Of a stretch of DNA of 36,635 nt, positions 24,283 through 35,700 are shown piece by piece. The notes under the pieces are model-generated. The model saw only the letters and a list, made by a program, of their open reading frames with translations, did not search any database and had not been told where the DNA came from. The DNA comes from Hyphochytrium catenoides (taxonomy: Eukaryota > Protista > Hyphochytriomycota), in assembly GCA_900088475.1 (NCBI GenBank), contig FLMG01004750.1:1-36635 (forward strand), written 5' to 3'. A program made the translations under genes and the position numbers. The stretch's first letter is position 1; the number at the start of each line of letters is the position of its first letter.

Positions 24283-25069
24283 TCTTTAGCCTCTCCATCC
24301 ATTGACCACAGTTTCCAACGCCTCCGCTACTCATCCGAGCTCTAGGGAGAAGACATCTGCTAAGTGCCTGCCAAATACAGGTTCAATCACTTAGGCAGAT
24401 ATAGCGTCTGAAAGCTTCAGCTTAGATGCTAGCTTTGGAGAGGAGGGAATAGTGGGAGCTTGTTTTGAATACTCTGGCGCTCGTACTCTTCAATCGAGAC
24501 CCAACACGAAGTATGCCCCAATGATCAACCTCGAAGAGTGCTTCCTTCTAAGCCACCGCTATAAAGGTTCAGCCTCTTGCCCATCAAAGCCGCTTTAGGT
24601 CTCTAAACATGTCCACAGAGTCTCTGTTCGTACGACAAACATGGCCCACGAGAGGTCATCGTCTAATTTTCATCTGCTTCCTGAAGTCGCGATAAATCTC
24701 TAGAAATGGGGTAAAACTTTCTCACACCAAAAGGTAGAATGGGTGGGAGGAATTCTGATCAGACGATTGGGTGAGCGACTTCGGCCTCAAAATAGAGTCT
24801 TTAAACGTCAGAATCACCTTCCACACATACCTTATGTCCGGAGGGGTGGGTGGGTGCTACCAGGTTCTTAATAACGGCCAGCTGCTGGGGGAGGTCTGAA
24901 TGAATGGGCCGCAGTTCTCCGTTTTCAATTCCCAGTTTCCCGCGAATTTTCCAGATTGAGAAATCTGTGCTGCAGATTTTCCGTCTGGCGTCTGCAAAAG
25001 CCTTCAGCGCCTGGCTGGGTAGCACCTGTACAAGCTACTGTTTAGTTCTTCGTCTCCTCGATCTATAGG

Positions 25070-26208
25070 ATGAAAGTGAAGAAGAAAGGAAAGGCTGCAG
25101 GAGCCTCTGCGCAAAAGGGTAGGTGTTCCCCGTTGTAGCTTTAGGCGTGCTATGGTGTGCTCATGAGGCCCTCAGGTGCGAAAAAACTAGTGAAGAAGGG
25201 AAAGACTACCATCAAGAAGCCCGCAGTGCACGAGTTGACACAGCGGCGACGAGCAAAGCTTGGAGACGGTAAGATAAACCATCTCAGCTAGCATAATGAT
25301 TGACCTCACCACCGTCCCCTTCAACCACAAGCTCTAAAGGGTAAGAGGCAGGTCCATCTACTAAGCACTTCCAAGCGGCCGGCTGCAACTCCTAAGGGCC
25401 TAGGAAACCCTAAGCCTAAGCCTTCCGTGCCAAGTTACGAAGCGCAGGGCAGAACTCAGCCAGGAGGGCCGCCGTAAGTGTGAAGACGAGACACCCCTCT
25501 CCTCCTCCTACAGAAGAGTTCTGTGACTGAGGCTCTATCTTTCTCCTCTCCATTCAGGCGATCGCAGGCCTCAACCTTCACTCTTGCAGCCCCATCCTTC
25601 ACGCTGTAAGTCGTCCTATCTATCGGCACGTACTGTCTGCTTATGCCTAACCACGGCATCTTCCCCATCCCTTTTCTTTCGCTCTTACTCCACACTGAAG
25701 TCCTACGACCCAGCAACCTGTTTCCGAGAGTTCTGACTCCCGGCATGATAGCCTCAGAAAGTTCATGTCTCCCCTTCTTGAGCAGGTATGCAATCCCGTT
25801 CTAACGAGCTTGGTAAATAGAGGCAACAGATAAGAAGTAGTAAAAGATGTAGGCTGAGATGGGATAGTGTGGGATCACCTGGAGAGAGAGCAGCTCACTG
25901 GCAGTTAATCATAGAGATAGAGTGGCACCAACCGCAATGCTGATAGATATAGGAAAGAAAGGTCCACTAAGAGTCGCTTTGCCCTTCTCCAGCCAGTAGA
26001 GGCACAGCGCAAGCAGGAAGACCGCCAAAAGGCGCGAAAGGGTCCAGCGAAGTCTACACTTCCATCCGGAAACAAATTCCAGATACTAATGGAAGAGAAC
26101 TCAGACGATGACGATGAAGGGATGCGGCCTTCTTCGTCCCAGCCTTTCTTACTCCAGCCCCCGAGATTTACTTTCCAGGGACCGGAAGTGGACGCAGGAG
26201 ATCTGTAG
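25070..26208 (+). CDS. Small basic/acidic orphan protein (210 aa), 6 exons, not visible in the ORF track
   Basis: Exons 25070-25118, 25176-25268, 25332-25473, 25558-25605, 25701-25785 and 25993-26208 total 633 nt, all GT-AG and phase-consistent. Protein: MKVKKKGKAAGASAQKGAKKLVKKGKTTIKKP...TFTLAAPSFTL...NKFQILMEENSDDDDE...PFLLQPPRFTFQGPEVDAGDL*. Confidence 0.75.
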
Positions 26209-26253
26209 CAAGCAGGGAATAGAAGACAAGCGGATCTATTGGGGGCTCTTTCA

Positions 26254-29200
26254 CTAAGTTCTTCTTCGGCAAATGAGCTCCATAGCCTGAAGTAGGTGTG
26301 ACAGCTTCACTTCTGCAGCCTGAGAACTTTCCCTCATGGCGCATAGTGCGGCTTCCCGGCAGATACCCTGCAGATCTGCACCAGACGCGCCGGACCTGGG
26401 ACGTTGAAGTTAGAATATCAAGCAGCGCATGGTGTAGAAAAAGCATATGAAACGTAAGGATGAGGATAGCTGTTGTGGGAACAGCACTCATGAAGTGTAA
26501 GGGCCCTCTAAGAAACGGGAGACCCAGAGCTGGAGCAAGACTGCGGTAGGAGTCAAGTTCTACCCTAACACACGGCAGGGCATTGCTATTAGCGCAGTAC
26601 GCAGTAACAGACAGAACTGAGAGAATGCACAACAAGCAAACCAGGAGGGGCTGACGCACAGTAGCTCGTTCTGGGCTAAGAGGCCTATATCCACTTCATC
26701 CGCGACGGGCATCCTTTGAAGGTAAAGCCGGAGAATGTCCTAGAGGATCCAGGTCGAGGACGAGGAAATAGAGGAAGTTAGTATTGAAAGGACTAAGGTA
26801 GGATAAAGAGATGAGGTTGATAGCGGAAACCAACGATGGGTGCAGTTGAACGGCAGGTAGACGTAAGTTAATACCTCTCTGTCACCAGCGTCGGGAAGAG
26901 AGACTTCCAGTGCTTGGTCGATCCGGCCCGGTCGGAGGAGCGCCTGCATAGCATAGAAAAACGTGAGCGATAGAGTGAGGAAGAAATAATGAAGATGGTA
27001 TCCCAACAGCAGTAGGCGTTCCTCATGAAGTAGTGGCAGGCGCTTACCGAATCTATGGCTTCCATGCGGTTGGTGGCACAAAGGACGAGAAGACCAGCGT
27101 TGTTTCTGCATCCAATTGATAGAAAGAGAAGAACAATACGAAGGGCGAGAATAGAGCAGAGCAGGGCAGAGAACAGGGAGCTTGGTTATGGAGCTTGTAG
27201 CGGTAAAGTGACTGGCCAGGACACGGGCAAAAGTTCTTACTGTTCAACTCCATCCATCTCATTGAGGAGAGTGGACAGCACACGAGCCTGCACGCTGTTC
27301 TCAGCTCCTGAAGGTAGAGATCGGAGACGATAGCGTGATTTAGCCATCATGTATGTCGGTGTAACGACAAGAACCGGAGACTTACCATCACCACTGCTTC
27401 TGTTGGCCGCAATGGCGTCGAGCTAGTGTATGGAGCACATATAGAGAGAGGGAGGGAGTCCATCAGAGGCACGAAGGCTCAGAGACACAAAGAAGGAGCA
27501 ATAACAGGCCATTTCAAATCTTGTATCGTTACCTCATCAAAGAAGAGAATGCTGGGCGTAGCGGAACGGGCACGGGCTGTGCGGAGAGAAATGGAGGGTG
27601 GGCTTCTTCATTAGAGGTCACCGTTACTTTTTGATAAACCCATCTGTGGGCCTTACCAAACAACTGCCTAATCTTCTGTTCGCTATCCCCTAGATACTTA
27701 GAGAAGATGTCTGAAGCCTATGAGAAACAGAGAGAAAGAGAGAGTTACCTAGCTACCCAGGACAATGAAGAGAAAATGACCGGACGTAGTGAAGAGGAAT
27801 GAGACGTGGAGAGAGAGACAAGGCATGCAGCACAAACATATGTGCCCTAAAGCTAAGAGATGCAGGAAAGGCCGAGAACATACAACTGCCAGCTAGCAGC
27901 TTGGTAAGGTGCAGTCAAGCTATGACGGAGAAAGAGAAGGAGGAGGCTACCTTGGCCTGTACGAGGTTGCAATTGAACTCTGCGGCAATTACCCTGGCAA
28001 GAACACTCTTCCCGCAGCCCGAGGGACCGTAGAGCAATAGGCCCGAGATTGGCTTCACATTTAGGCGCTAAGGGCATCACAATGGAGGAGAAAATCCGTA
28101 TCATCAGTGGGTCATCTCGAGAGAGGAGGACCAACACTTTTAGCAAGACTCCCAGGGAGAGCAGAGAGAGAGAGAGCACGTTAAACCGACAAAAGCACTG
28201 GAGCCAGCCTGTGTCTGAGGTTAGAGAGTCAAAGAGCTCTGACCTTCATGTCTTCTCTATGGCTCCATTGCCACTGGATTAGCTTCCTGATCCTTTCCGT
28301 CGTCCCTGTATAGCCGGCAAACTCTATCGAGGTAGCGGCGACTTTGGGGGTCAACACATCTAAGTCACGCAGTTGAGAGGGCTGCACCCGACGGAGGGCC
28401 TATAGGTGCAGAACAGAAAGCGTGTGAATCATCTGGTTTGGCTATCGTCCATAATTTTGGCGTCTCTCCGCAAGCATCGTTGTGCTACTAGCAGTGACTC
28501 GGTCACCTATGGTGGTACCCCTTCATGTCGTCACTTCGCACTCTTTTCCCAATTGGCTGACCTCTTGGAAGCTTTCCCATATCATATGTCTTCTACTTTT
28601 CTCTTGGCTTATCCCTATTCCCTCCTCTTCATTCCGCCATGCTAAGGTGGCCGCCAGCCTGCAGAGCCTTAGAAGGTCTTTTGTCACATAGCCCGCAGTG
28701 CTGACGGCTAGCTCCTGTGCCAACGACTTGGACTGCGAAAGCTCACACTCTAACTTCAGGTCCTACGCCAAGCATACGTAAGAGCGACGAAACTATAGCA
28801 CCCAGACCGCTGAGGACAATGCCAAACGCTAAAACTCGCAACAGAGAGAGATCCAGGAAGGTGGGAGGGGCCAAAGTCATAGAAGGGGCAACCGCACTGT
28901 AAGAAGAGAAAAAACACTGTCACAGACGAATCAGCAGAGCGAAGAGGGAGGGGCTCTACCTTAAGGAAATGAGAGAGAAGTACTTCTCTATTCTCTTGCG
29001 TTTGAATTGGCAGTTCAATAGTCTTCTCGAAACCCCCACTCCTCTTCATAGTTAGAGGAACATCTCCCACATCTCGGACGCTGGCCAAGAGAGCAAGAGG
29101 AAGGTTCTTATCCTTCACGTTCTCCATCCATCGCAGCAGCGCTGAAGCGTCCGGCGTCATAACGGCTTTGAAGTGTCAGGAAGTGAGAAGGGCAGCATAG

Positions 29201-31996
29201 GAAAAGAGCAATAACTGGCACCCCAGAGAAGGGTCTGCCGTATGCCTCTTTGCAATCTTTCAGGCCTATGGTCTCCAACTTTTGCCCGCTATCAAAGCTT
29301 CCATCCCCCTTTCTGAACCCTTATCAAGCTATCCATTCTCTCTTTATACTATATATTGGCGCTCTGCCCCGTGCCCCGCCAGGTAACGGACCAACGCCCT
29401 GGTTGCCAAGGCGTCTCGATAGAACACTTACTTGGATCTGGTCCCAGGATGGCCTCTAGGTCATCAATAAGGATTAGCCCAGGAAGTGACTCTAAGGCCC
29501 GCTGAAAGACTGGAGGTAAGAGGTTGGAGCTCCCTTTTTATTTACGTGCCAGTTAGAGGAGCTAGGGAATGGATTCGGATAAGCGCAAGAAGAGTAGGCT
29601 GCAGTTGCTTACCTTCTTTCTTCGCCGTAGCAGAGTGAAGTCTCAAGTCATACCCCGAGATAGAAAAACAATGTACCGTTGACCCTGTTTTTCCTGGCTC
29701 CTCAACCTGAGGCTTGAGTGTGTCGCGGCCATTATAATGTTTTGTTAGGGCTTGAAGGAGGAAAGTCTTCCCCGTCCCTGAAGGCCCATGGAGCAGTAGT
29801 CCAGAAGCAAAAACCCACGAGAAGGAAGGGGAGCTGGAAGTGATGGAGCCTACGAAGGCATTAGCAGATTGAGAAGCAGCAAGAGAATAACGAGGGACAT
29901 CCAAGCAAGCGAATTGGAAGGGGAAAGTTGAGCCGATTCGCTAATAGAATACAGTCAGGAAATCTCTCAAAAACGCGGAAGAAAAGTCCCGGAGGCCGCC
30001 AGGATAGAGACATTGAAGATAGAGATGCATGAGGTAGAAGCACGAAGCTTTGCTTGCTTACTCGTGAGTCCCCTATTAGTTCCCAGCCGGATGTCTATGA
30101 CCTCCAAAAGCGTATGGAACTGCTTTTCCAAGCCTATAGGGGTCTCTCTCCTTCCAAGATTGTCGAGGTCTTGGCTTCCTCTCACACTAGGAACAGAGAT
30201 AATATCTATGGAAGTGCTCTTTCTTAGGTGACCGAGTATAGTCCTCCTCTTCGTAGTCCCCTCTCTTTCTGTCAAGTCCTCATGCGCTGTAAGGTGGCAG
30301 CTTCAGTAAAACTATTCAGAGGAAAGCTGCGTGTAGCGGCAAGGCACTTGCAAATGGGCACTCGGTAACGAGGTAGCGAGCAAAAGGGGAAGACCAGGGG
30401 AACGGCAAAGAAGCCCATACTATAAAGAAGGCGACAATGAGTAGGTTCAGACAGATTAAGAAGTCAAAGGATGGGTCCGGAGGAGAGAGAGACGTAAACA
30501 TGGGAACTGGTTTGACCTTCATATACCTTCTGGCGGAGCCGAAAATGTTGCGTCTTGGACAGCAAAGGTGTAGATCTTCTCACAGAGCGACACAGCGATG
30601 AGAGAGAGCTCAGGCTCAGCGGAGTCTGTCTTTTGCTCTTCGCGATCAGGAATCTGAAAGCATATCTCCCGCAGCTTCAGTGGTAGTAGCTCTGCAAGAC
30701 TGGTTCAAACCCAAAAGGGACAGTGAGTAGGCCGAAAACGAATTGCGTAAGTTAAGAAGCCCGAGTAGAAGTGAGCAGAGTTTATGGAGGAACCGGGATG
30801 ATGAAAGAAGTGCCGGTAGGGGATGAGAGAGTGGCGCCATCACGGACGCTAAATTGGTGCCATTAACAACAGCGGAACGGGGGAATCGAGGATGTGGACG
30901 TAGAATAAGAGAGGAAAGACAGAGAGATCCCAAGAGGGCAGGCAACGATAGAAAAGCGGGAAGATAGAACGGAATATACGGGAGACCCAAGCATCAGTCG
31001 AGGGAAGCTCTTCCCACAAGCAGAGTGGGGCATCTTGCTGGACAAACGCGGGAAGAACAGAGAGGTCTTAGCTAAAAATCGGTGGATCGCGATGCACTGA
31101 CATCTTGGCTACTTCTCCTGCCAGCATATTCTCTTCGTCCGTCTCCTCTTTGCCTTTAGCGAACCTCACTGGGGGAACGAACAGGAGCCGTAGTTTCTCG
31201 AGAGTTCCACAGTGAGAGGGATTATGTACTGCAAGGGGCATAAGAGAAGGCCAACAGTATACAAAGCGGTGGGAGGAAGAGAATGTAAGGGGTTTGGGCC
31301 GTGAGTCCATGAGAGAATGGCTGAGATAAAGGATGAAAGACTGGCGCCGAAGAGAGAGGTAGCAAGCGCCCAAAGACAGAAGGCTCGAGACAAAAGAGAA
31401 GAGAAGGAGCGGGAAGAAGGGGGCAATGCCAAAAATTCTCAAGCTTGTTTGACTACCTGGCGATATTTGGAGCCGTTCTCCGTCTTTGAACCCAAAGATG
31501 TCAAGAAGACAATGAGAGACATGCACCTTTGCCAGCATCGCAGAAAACTCGGGGTAAGATGCGCGGAGGAGATTGAGAGGCTTGAACAAGGACAAGAGCA
31601 AACGGCACAAAAAGACAGAGGGGGAACGAGCAAAGACCTGATGCATCTATAGATCAGTGAAAATTAAGCAAGAGAAGGCTTGAGAGGAAGGCAAGCACGC
31701 TCTAAGACATGAGCCCAGACTTTCCATCCCGACCTTACCTGACCGTCCAGCATCCTGGGCTCCGGCAGGACGCGGCAATATAAGGCAGCTCCCGCTTCTT
31801 CCTTTCCCTCTCCCATTGCCTCCGCCTGGCACTCCCTGTTACCTGCTTTCACCTTCACATGACCCAGCAGCGGGAGTTGGAGAGACGTGAAGTCCTTGAG
31901 ACTCAAGAAGACCAAAGAGAAATGTGGCTCCGGCACGGGACCGGACCTCCATGTGTGAGCCCTAAGATGTAGATTTACTTCTGCTTTCCCTGCCAT
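26254..31996 (-). CDS. Double-ring AAA+ ATPase of the CDC48/AFG2 (SPATA5/SPATA5L1-like) clade, about 17 exons
   Basis: N-domain from ATG 31996. D1 has Walker A GLLLHGPSGTGKT and Walker B LILIDDLE. D2 has GLLLYGPSGCGKS, SKYLGDSEQKIRQLFARARSATPSILFFDELDAI, VQARVLSTLLNEMDG, CATNRMEAIDSALLRPGRID and SGADLQGICREAALCAMRE. TAG stop at 26254-26256. Confidence 0.9.
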
Positions 31997-32517
31997 TAAG
32001 CCGTCAACTAAACTCTCCCGTCTATCTCGGCCATCTAGCCATCAATGGTCAGGAGGGCTGGCCTCAGCCTGACGGAGTCCAGGGAAGCCTCAAGCTCGTT
32101 GCGATCTAAGTCCTCGTTGCCCTTCTCATGGCTGCGCCGAGTCATCCCTGCGGCCGCTAGTGCTCTCCCATTGTCTCCGGCCTTGACTGACATTCCTGCT
32201 TCCTCTTGAGCCTCCAGGCGGCCTCTTCCTTCGCTGCCGTGGCTCTGAGAGGACAGGGAAAGGCGAGAGTCGTTTGGAGACAGGTTCGCGAGTTCAATGC
32301 GAAGCATGATGCAGAGGGTGATGGAAACCTTCACCTTAAGAAATCCATGGCCAAAGATTCCTTTCGGTAGTACATTATTAGAGAAGTCGAAAGATTCGAG
32401 CGATTGAAACGTGAATGCTTCACAGAGTTGATGATGGGAGGGAGGAAAAGATTCGTTGCTGAAGAGATGCCAGCCATCAAGCCACGCAATTGCTGCTGCG
32501 TCTCATCCTCTCAGTTT

Positions 32518-32518
<1 letters not shown>

Positions 32519-32568
<50 letters not shown>

Positions 32569-32615
32569 CTCCCTCTTTCTCTCTCTCTCTCGCTCGCTCG
32601 CTCGCTCACTCTCAG
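32519..32615. repeat. (CT)n/(CTCG)n microsatellite in the divergent AAA/ALG1 intergenic region
   Basis: More than 20 uninterrupted CT units followed by CTCG units. Confidence 0.95.
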
Positions 32616-32748
32616 TCACTATTTGAGATCAGTAGTTACCGGTCGGCTGCTCCTGGATAACGAGAACTTCCTGGCGGCTTGCTCAATTCCTTGGGCCGGA
32701 CGGTACGGGCACCCGATCGAGGGAGGGATACCTTGACCTTAAGGAGCA

Positions 32749-35700
32749 ATGGCTCGAAGGAAAAGGAAGCAGAAGAAGCGAAGACAAGGGCAGACGCTTC
32801 GAAGCGAAGCGGCACTCAAGAGATTGAGGCATGTAGCGGTCCTGGTCCTGGGAGATGTTGGCCGCTCACCGCGCATGCAGTTCCACAGTCTTTCTCTTGC
32901 AAACATGAAGGACACGAAGGTTCCCTCCTTCATCTTCTTACCTATCTCTGCTCCAGTCTTCAGCACTCTCACTCTCCTCGCCTTTCCTTTCTTTCACCTA
33001 TCAGGACACCTACTGCTTTCTTGGCTTTGGTTGGATTGGGTCATCCAGCCGTCCTACTCTCTTCCGCTATGGCCCTTCCTAAGTCTCTGCATCACGGCCC
33101 TTTGTCTTCCTTTCCCTGCTTCATGGGTCTCTGTTGTTTCCCGCTTTCTTGGAACTAACCTCGTTCTCAAAGGTAGTTCCGTCCTTTCGTCTCTCTCTCT
33201 GGGATTTAACGCGCTTCTACCTCTCTCTTGACATCTGTGCCAATTGTCCGCTCTCCCAGGTCACTCTCATTGGCTTCAGAGGTGAAGAATGCATCCCTGC
33301 GGTGGAGTCCCATCCTCAGATAACCAAAGTCCTTCTACGGCCCTTTCCTTCAAATATTCCACGCATCTTCTTCCTGCTTTATGCACCGATTAAGGTTATC
33401 TTCCAGGTCAGGATCCTCTTTCCCTTTCTCACTTGCCCTGTTCTCCTTCCTTTGAGGTCTCTTTTCTCTCTCTGACCCTTTCTCCCTTCTTTGGTTCCTC
33501 AGATCGTCCAGCTTCTGTTTATCCTCCTGGTGGGAATCAGCAGTCCTGACTATTTCTTAGTGCAGAATCCACCAAGGTGACATTCCATCCTCTGCTGCCT
33601 AACATGTAGCTCTCCTTTGGCTCTCTATCAACTCTTGGCACGAACCTCTCTGCGTCTGGCATCTAGCTTGCGCAGTACCTTGATCTTCTTTGTCGATTTG
33701 CGGCTGATAAGTCTTCTCGTCTGGCATCCTTAGATGTCTTCCTTTGTCGTCATGTCTTTCCCTCAAGCACTGTTCTCTGTTTTCTTTTCTCTGGCATGCT
33801 TTAGCATCCCAACACTCGCCGTCGTCTGGCTGGCGGCCTTGTTGCGGGGAGGTCGGATCGTAATCGACTGGCATAATCTGGGGTACACGGTGCTGCAGCT
33901 AAGCATAGGAGAGAGACATCCATTAGTCAAGGTCAGAGTTAGTCTGGTCACTGGGAAGCGGGGTACAAGGGCAAGAACGGGCGAAGACTGACCCATTGAC
34001 CTTATCTCTCCTTATGCCACAGATAGCCAGGACGTATGAGAGGTTCTTCGGTCGTAAGGTGCGCTGCTTCTTCGCTGTCACCGTTAAGCACTTCTAACTT
34101 AAGATTTCTCCTGATACCATGTTTTTGGCTCCTTCTCTTTGAGAAGAGTCTTTATCGTCGCGTCAATGTCTATGATTTATCTTGTTCTGTCTCGCTGTCA
34201 CCTCTACATTGTCCTACCTAATGTCTCGTACTTATGAGAGCTACTCGTGCAGGCTGCTCATCACTTCTGCGTCACTAAGTCCATGCAGCATTGGCTGAGG
34301 GAAAATTGGGATATTGAGTACGTATTGCGAAGGACTGTCAAATTTTTGAGGCGACCTCACCTCCTTTACTCTCACTCGGGATCCCATCATCTCGGCTCTT
34401 GAGGGTTCCGCGTCTAGGCGGGCCGCAGCACCTACAGCTGTCCGTCCTTGATCTTTAGCTATGAATGGAATCCTGTCATAGTCGCAGCGTTCCTACCAGG
34501 TTGCACGCTTTATAAGCGTTTTACTCAGTCTGTTGTCTCTCCTTATTCCTGCCTCCGTCCAGAATCATATCTGGATTATCCTCTCTCATATCGAGGTCTA
34601 AAGACTTCTTCTCGTGCTGCTTTCTCATCAAAATCTAGGGCTGTAGTGCTTTATGACAAGCCTCCGGATATCTTCCAGCCCACGGCCTTACACGTCAGGC
34701 ACCAATTGGTGAAAAGACTCTCTGAACTTCAGGACATTCAGGTAATAGTATAGCTTGTAAGAGTATGATTGAGAGGCCAGGTCCCCGGATGGTTGAGAAA
34801 CCATGGGAAGCTGCCATAGCGACCGGATGAGCTGGGGCAGTTGGATGCCGGGTGCCTTGTACTCTAAGCGTGCTGGGGGCATCCTTTAGGGTTTGAATAC
34901 TGCTATGAGGCTTAGACGAGGTAGACACTGGAGGGATACCGGACAACAGCCAGCTTCAAGAGAGCAATACTCTCCACAATAGCACTCCTATTTAAAAGTA
35001 GGTTAGATAGGCCAGCTACGCGTGGCCGCGAGGCTGCTGGCCGAACTGAATCAAGCAGAATGGCGAGGTAATGACAGTCTATTCTCTTCAGTTTCCAGGT
35101 ACGCTTGAAGGCTGCAATGACGCTGCTGAACATACCCTAGTCACTCTGCAACGGAAGAGGTAAGTTCAGCTACGCTACTTCAAGAATACTACTCTCACTC
35201 TCTAAACACCAGGGAACACTATTATAGCTTCCTCTCCATGTATTCTTATCGTCTGCACTACGCTGGCTACAGCTCTACTTACCCTGCTCTTCGTGGCTTT
35301 ATCTCTGTGTGGTGCTTTACCTTGGTGGCATGCGAAGCATGACTTCCTATCTACCTTACCCCAAACTCTTGGTGTTCTGCCCTAAATTTCATTCTCATTC
35401 TCTCGGTTAGTGGGGAGATCGCTTTGCGAGATGATAGACCAGCCATTATTGTCAGGTCGGTCGCTCGCACTAAAGCACATAACTCCATCGTGGCTTTGTC
35501 TATGTCTTCGTAGAGTTCGTGGTCTCATTCACAGGAAGTCCGACCACGCTCGTCTCCTTCTCTCCGCCGCCAGCTTATCCCTTACCTTTTGTTCCTACCC
35601 AAGATTTTGAACCTGTTTGCCGTCAGGAGTCTTTGTGCTGCTATATCTGGCTCTCTATGTAGGGTGCGCGTATCACGCTTTAGCATTGATCGTCCGCCCC

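Noticed and set aside
32035-32334. 99-aa minus-strand ORF just upstream of the AAA ATPase
   Set aside because: It stops before ATG 31996 and has no recognisable domain or clear donor linking it to the gene. Probably 5' UTR or a uORF.
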